64,000 nucleotides of DNA from an uncultured Verrucomicrobiaceae bacterium (GTDB lineage: Bacteria; Pseudomonadota; Gammaproteobacteria; Pseudomonadales; CAMLJR01), in assembly GCA_964631955.1 (NCBI GenBank), contig CAZWBA010000008.1, positions 71,312-135,311 of the forward strand, written 5' to 3'. The position numbers and the translations under genes were made by a program. The notes below the pieces were generated by a model. The model was not told the origin of the DNA. It searched no databases and saw nothing but the letters and a program-made list of their open reading frames with translations. Below, in pieces: positions 60,468 to 64,000 of this stretch; the first letter of the stretch is position 1; every line of letters begins with the position of its first letter.

Positions 60468-61838
60468 TCAGCGGCCAGGGAAGCCTCCGCCTCCGCCCAG
60501 CGCACCGCCCATGCCGCGCATCATGCTGGCGAGACCGCCTTTCGAAGTCACCTTTTTCATCATTTTCTGCATCATCTTGTGCTGCTTGAGCAGACGATTC
60601 AGATCCTGAATATCGGTCCCCGAACCCAGGGTGATGCGGCGCTTGCGCGAGCCATTCAATAATTCGGGATCGCGACGCTCGGCCGGCGTCATCGAATTGA
60701 TCAGCGCCTCCATCTGCGCGAATTGCTTTACTCCGGCCTGGGCCTGCGCCATCTGCGCGACATTACCCATGCCCGGCAATTTGTCGAGCATGCTGGTGAT
60801 GCCGCCCATATTTTTCATCTGCTGCAATTGATCGCGCAGATCTTCGAGATCGAAACCCTTGCCTTTCTTGATTTTCTTCGCAAGCTTCTCGGCTTTGGTT
60901 TTATCGAGTTTCTGCTCGGCTTCTTCAATGAGCGACAAAATATCGCCCATGCCGAGAATACGCGACGCGATACGATCGGGATGGAACGGATCGAGCGCAA
61001 CGGTTTTCTCGCCGACGCCGATAAATTTAATCGGCTTACCGGTGATATGACGAACCGACAGCGCCGCGCCGCCACGTGTATCCGCATCCGCTTTCGTGAG
61101 AATCACACCGGTCAATGGCAGCGCATCGCTAAATGCCTTCGCAGTATTCGCAGCATCCTGACCTGTCATCGCATCGACGACGAACAAGGTTTCCGCGGGG
61201 TTCACCGCCGCGTGCAGCGCCTTGATTTCATCCATCATGTCGGCGTCGATATGCAGACGGCCGGCGGTATCGACGATGACGACATCGCAAAACTTGATGC
61301 GAGCGGCATCGATCGCCGCCTTCGCGATATCGACAGGCTTCTGCTCTGTCGAGCTCGGGAAAAATTTCGCACCGACCTCATAGGCCAACGTTTCGAGCTG
61401 TTTAATGGCGGCGGGACGATAAACGTCGGCACTGACCAGCATTACCGACTTCTTTTCCTTCTCCTTCAAATAACGTGCGAGCTTGGCCGCCGATGTGGTT
61501 TTACCCGCACCCTGCAGACCCGCCATCAAAACCACAGCAGGCGGCTGTACAGCCAGCTGTAATTTCTCATTGCGTTCACCCATCACGCGCTCGAGCTCGT
61601 CCTTAACGATTTTGACGAACATCTGGCCAGGGCTCAGGCTTTTGCTGACCTCCTGTCCCACCGCGCGCGCTTTTACTGCCTCGACGAAGTCTTTCACCAC
61701 CGGCAATGCCACATCGGCTTCGAGCAGGGCCATGCGCACTTCGCGCGTCGCTTCCTGCACGTTCTCTTCGGAAAGGCGCGCCTGCCCAGTGATATGGCGC
61801 AGCGTTTTTGACAGACGGTCGGTTAAATTCTCAAACAT
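60468..61838 (-). CDS. ffh: Signal recognition particle protein Ffh
   Basis: MFENLTDRLSKTLRHITGQARL..., GLQGAGKTT, DTAGRL, and a Met-rich M domain. Confidence 0.98.
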   Translation of the reverse strand: MFENLTDRLSKTLRHITGQARLSEENVQEATREVRMALLEADVALPVVKDFVEAVKARAVGQEVSKSLSPGQMFVKIVKDELERVMGERNEKLQLAVQPPAVVLMAGLQGAGKTTSAAKLARYLKEKEKKSVMLVSADVYRPAAIKQLETLAYEVGAKFFPSSTEQKPVDIAKAAIDAARIKFCDVVIVDTAGRLHIDADMMDEIKALHAAVNPAETLFVVDAMTGQDAANTAKAFSDALPLTGVILTKADADTRGGAALSVRHITGKPIKFIGVGEKTVALDPFHPDRIASRILGMGDILSLIEEAEQKLDKTKAEKLAKKIKKGKGFDLEDLRDQLQQMKNMGGITSMLDKLPGMGNVAQMAQAQAGVKQFAQMEALINSMTPAERRDPELLNGSRKRRITLGSGTDIQDLNRLLKQHKMMQKMMKKVTSKGGLASMMRGMGGALGGGGGFPGR

Positions 61839-62001
61839 TGAATCGATCCACCAGAGTTACGCACAAAATATTGCAGCCCGAACACATGACCTATGTCTGC
61901 GCTTAACGAGCCGCTTGCTTTCGGATAGCAAACTGTTGAAGTATACCGGATTCGTTTTTACCCCGTCCTTCCGCCTTTATCATGGATTTGCAGAACGCAC
62001 G

Positions 62002-62808
62002 ATGATTCACGCTGTCGCCAGCATCACCGCCGTGGTGCTTTATCTCGCCGCAGCGCTGTATCAAGGCCTGTATTTGTTCAATCAGAAACACCGGCCCGCT
62101 CGCGGTTTATTTCTTACGCTCGGCGCCCTCGCCACCGTGGCGCATGGCATCAGCAGCATGGGATTGATTTATACCAGCCAGGGCATCGATCTCGGCTTTT
62201 TCCGCATGCTTTCGCTCGTATTCTGGTTTGTTAGCGTCATCGGTGTTTTGAATGGCCTGCGCCGCCCTGTCGACACTGCATTAGCGCTACTGTTTCCGCT
62301 CAGCGCCATGTCGATTCTGATTTCATTCCTGCACGCGCCCGGTGCGAATTTTCAAAATCTGGGCACCGGTGTTTTCACGCACATCATTCTTTCGATTCTC
62401 GCTTATAGCGTGCTGGCGCTGTGTGCATTGCAGGCGCTGGTACTGGCCGCTCAGGAACGTGCGCTCAAGAAGCGCCATCTCGCTGGCGTGCTCAATGTTT
62501 TGCCGCCATTGCAGACCATGGAGGCCATGCTGTTTGAGCTACTGTGGGCCGGTTTGATTTTACTCAGCATCGCGATCCTGACCGGTGCGCTTTACGTCGA
62601 AAACCTGTTCGCACAACACCTCGTGCATAAAACGGTATTCTCGATTATCAGCTGGTGTATTTTTGCCGGTTTGTTATGGGGGCACCGGCAACTCGGCTGG
62701 CGCGGTCATACCGCCGTGCGCTGGACCCTCGCCGGTTTCGCAACGCTGGTTCTGGCGTATTTCGGAACCAAGTTTGTTCTCGAGCTGATCCTGCATCGCG
62801 CAGGCTGA
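62002..62808 (+). CDS. ypjD: Cytochrome c assembly (CcsA-like) family inner membrane protein, YpjD-like
   Basis: 8 hydrophobic segments. Divergent from ffh, as E. coli ypjD is. The ORF is open from 61483, but that part is antisense to ffh; the start is placed at the ATG at 62002 (MIHAVASITAVVLYL). Confidence 0.85.
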   Translation: MIHAVASITAVVLYLAAALYQGLYLFNQKHRPARGLFLTLGALATVAHGISSMGLIYTSQGIDLGFFRMLSLVFWFVSVIGVLNGLRRPVDTALALLFPLSAMSILISFLHAPGANFQNLGTGVFTHIILSILAYSVLALCALQALVLAAQERALKKRHLAGVLNVLPPLQTMEAMLFELLWAGLILLSIAILTGALYVENLFAQHLVHKTVFSIISWCIFAGLLWGHRQLGWRGHTAVRWTLAGFATLVLAYFGTKFVLELILHRAG

Positions 62809-62889
62809 GCCGTCCGGATATCGGCGCGGTTGCTCGCCAGCTTTTTTTTCTTCAAGATAGCCCTCCCCAGCTGACACAGGATCGTATTT

Positions 62890-64000
62890 TTGAACGAGGT
62901 TCCTTTAGGACTCCTGTTTTTCGCGCTCGGCGCACTTATCCTGCTTTCCGCGTTTTTCTCGGGCTCCGAGACCGGCATGATGGCATTGAACCGCTATCGA
63001 CTGAAGCATCTGGCATCGAGCGGACATAAAGGGGCGAAGCGCGCCTCGCAATTGCTCGAACATCCCGAGCGACTCATCGGCTTCGTCCTTATCGGCAATA
63101 CACTTGCAAACGTGCTGGCCTCGGCGCTCGCCACGATTATTGCGATCCGGCTATTTGGCGATAACGGAATAGCAGTCACCATTGCCACTTTTCTAGTCGC
63201 CGTCACATTGTTGATCTTTTCCGAAGTCGCACCGAAAACCGTGGCTGCACTTTATCCCGAACACATCGCACTCCCGTTCAGCCATGTCTTGAAGCCACTG
63301 CTGCGCTGGACCTATCCCGCCGTGTGGTTCGTGAACTCCATTACCAACCGCATGCTCCGGCTGATTGGCATCGACCTCGCCAAGCGCGAGGAAGAGCCGC
63401 TCAGCCAGGACGAACTGCGCACCATCGTCAACGATGCTGGAGAAATCATTCCGCAACGGCATCAGGGCATGCTGCTCAATATTCTCGACCTCGAACAGAT
63501 GTCGATCGATGACATCATGGTTCCGCGCGGCGAGGTGATCGGGCTTGATCTCGACGACGATGATGCAACACTGCTCCATCAACTCAGCGAATGCGAATTC
63601 ACCCGCATTCCGGTATTCAAGGCGGATATCAACAATATTATCGGCGTGCTGCATCTGCGCTCGGTCAGCCGCATTATCGATAGCGGTGGCGCCTTGAACC
63701 GTCGCGCATTGATGAAGGAAATCGACGAACCCTATTTCGTCCCCGAAGGCACGCCGCTGCATACGCAATTGTTTAATTTTCAGAAGCAAAAACGCCGCCT
63801 CGCGATTGTGGTCGACGAATACGGCGTGGTACAGGGCCTGATTGCGCTCGAAGACATTCTTGAAGAAATCGTCGGCGAATTCACTTCCAACCTGAGCGAT
63901 GATTCCGAAGAAATCATCGAGCAGAACGACGGCTCTTTCGTCATCGAAGGCAGCGCGGGCATTCGTGAAATCAATCGCACGCTCGACTGGAAACTGCCAA
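62890..64000 (+). CDS. CNNM/CorB-family (DUF21-CBS pair) Mg/Co efflux-type protein, 3' end outside the window
   Basis: Not in the ORF track (no stop in the window). My translation reads LLSAFFSGSETGMMALNRYRLKHLA...FSEVAPKTVA...DDIMVPRGEV...RLAIVVDEYGVVQGLIALEDILEEIVGEF. Only a TTG at 62890 is available as a start after the in-frame TGA at 62872. Confidence 0.88.
   Translation, partial: MNEVPLGLLFFALGALILLSAFFSGSETGMMALNRYRLKHLASSGHKGAKRASQLLEHPERLIGFVLIGNTLANVLASALATIIAIRLFGDNGIAVTIATFLVAVTLLIFSEVAPKTVAALYPEHIALPFSHVLKPLLRWTYPAVWFVNSITNRMLRLIGIDLAKREEEPLSQDELRTIVNDAGEIIPQRHQGMLLNILDLEQMSIDDIMVPRGEVIGLDLDDDDATLLHQLSECEFTRIPVFKADINNIIGVLHLRSVSRIIDSGGALNRRALMKEIDEPYFVPEGTPLHTQLFNFQKQKRRLAIVVDEYGVVQGLIALEDILEEIVGEFTSNLSDDSEEIIEQNDGSFVIEGSAGIREINRTLDWKLP

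Noticed and set aside
61483-62001. N-terminal 173 codons of the 441-aa ORF 61483..62808
   Set aside because: This portion is antisense to ffh and Ser/Thr/Arg-rich. The membrane-protein homology begins at the ATG at 62002, so the gene was shortened.
62821-62860. Run of 8 T after ypjD as an intrinsic terminator
   Set aside because: Only a weak 4-5 bp stem can be drawn upstream of the T-run. This is not enough support to annotate.

Overview
The window reads as a gammaproteobacterial chromosome segment with a mostly minus-strand housekeeping backbone. In order it carries obg-rpmA-rplU, tRNA-Leu-secG-tpiA-glmM-folP-ftsH, yhbY, greA-carB-carA, dapB-dnaJ-dnaK-grpE-hrcA, recN, fur/bamE, rnfH-ratA, smpB-ssrA, lysS-prfB-recJ, thrC-hom, dsbC, the rplS-trmD-rimM-rpsP operon, ffh, and ypjD/corB-like genes. 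As I recall, this order matches the Pseudomonas/Xanthomonas-type arrangement, but it is interrupted by accessory blocks. (1) 12.3-17.3 kb holds corA, an HD-GYP protein and a STAS plus REC-PP2C-kinase partner-switch pair. (2) 23.7-33.0 kb holds a truncated globin and a divergent CRP-like regulator next to a CHASE2 class III cyclase. These are followed by a 1122-aa FecR-TPR-beta-barrel protein whose barrel half, together with two orphan genes, is sharply AT-richer than the surroundings. (3) A roughly 1.5 kb islet sits directly after tmRNA, with a frameshifted integrase stub and an orphan 271-aa ORF. (4) A secreted Tyr/Arg-rich mini-protein lies next to a chromosomal TraT homologue. The best candidate for an undescribed system is the CRP-like / CHASE2-cyclase / FecR-TPR-barrel cassette, possibly with the adjacent lipoprotein, which may be a trans-envelope cyclic-nucleotide signalling device. 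No CRISPR array, rRNA or intact mobile element was seen. All calls rest on reading translations and motifs by eye, with no database searches.
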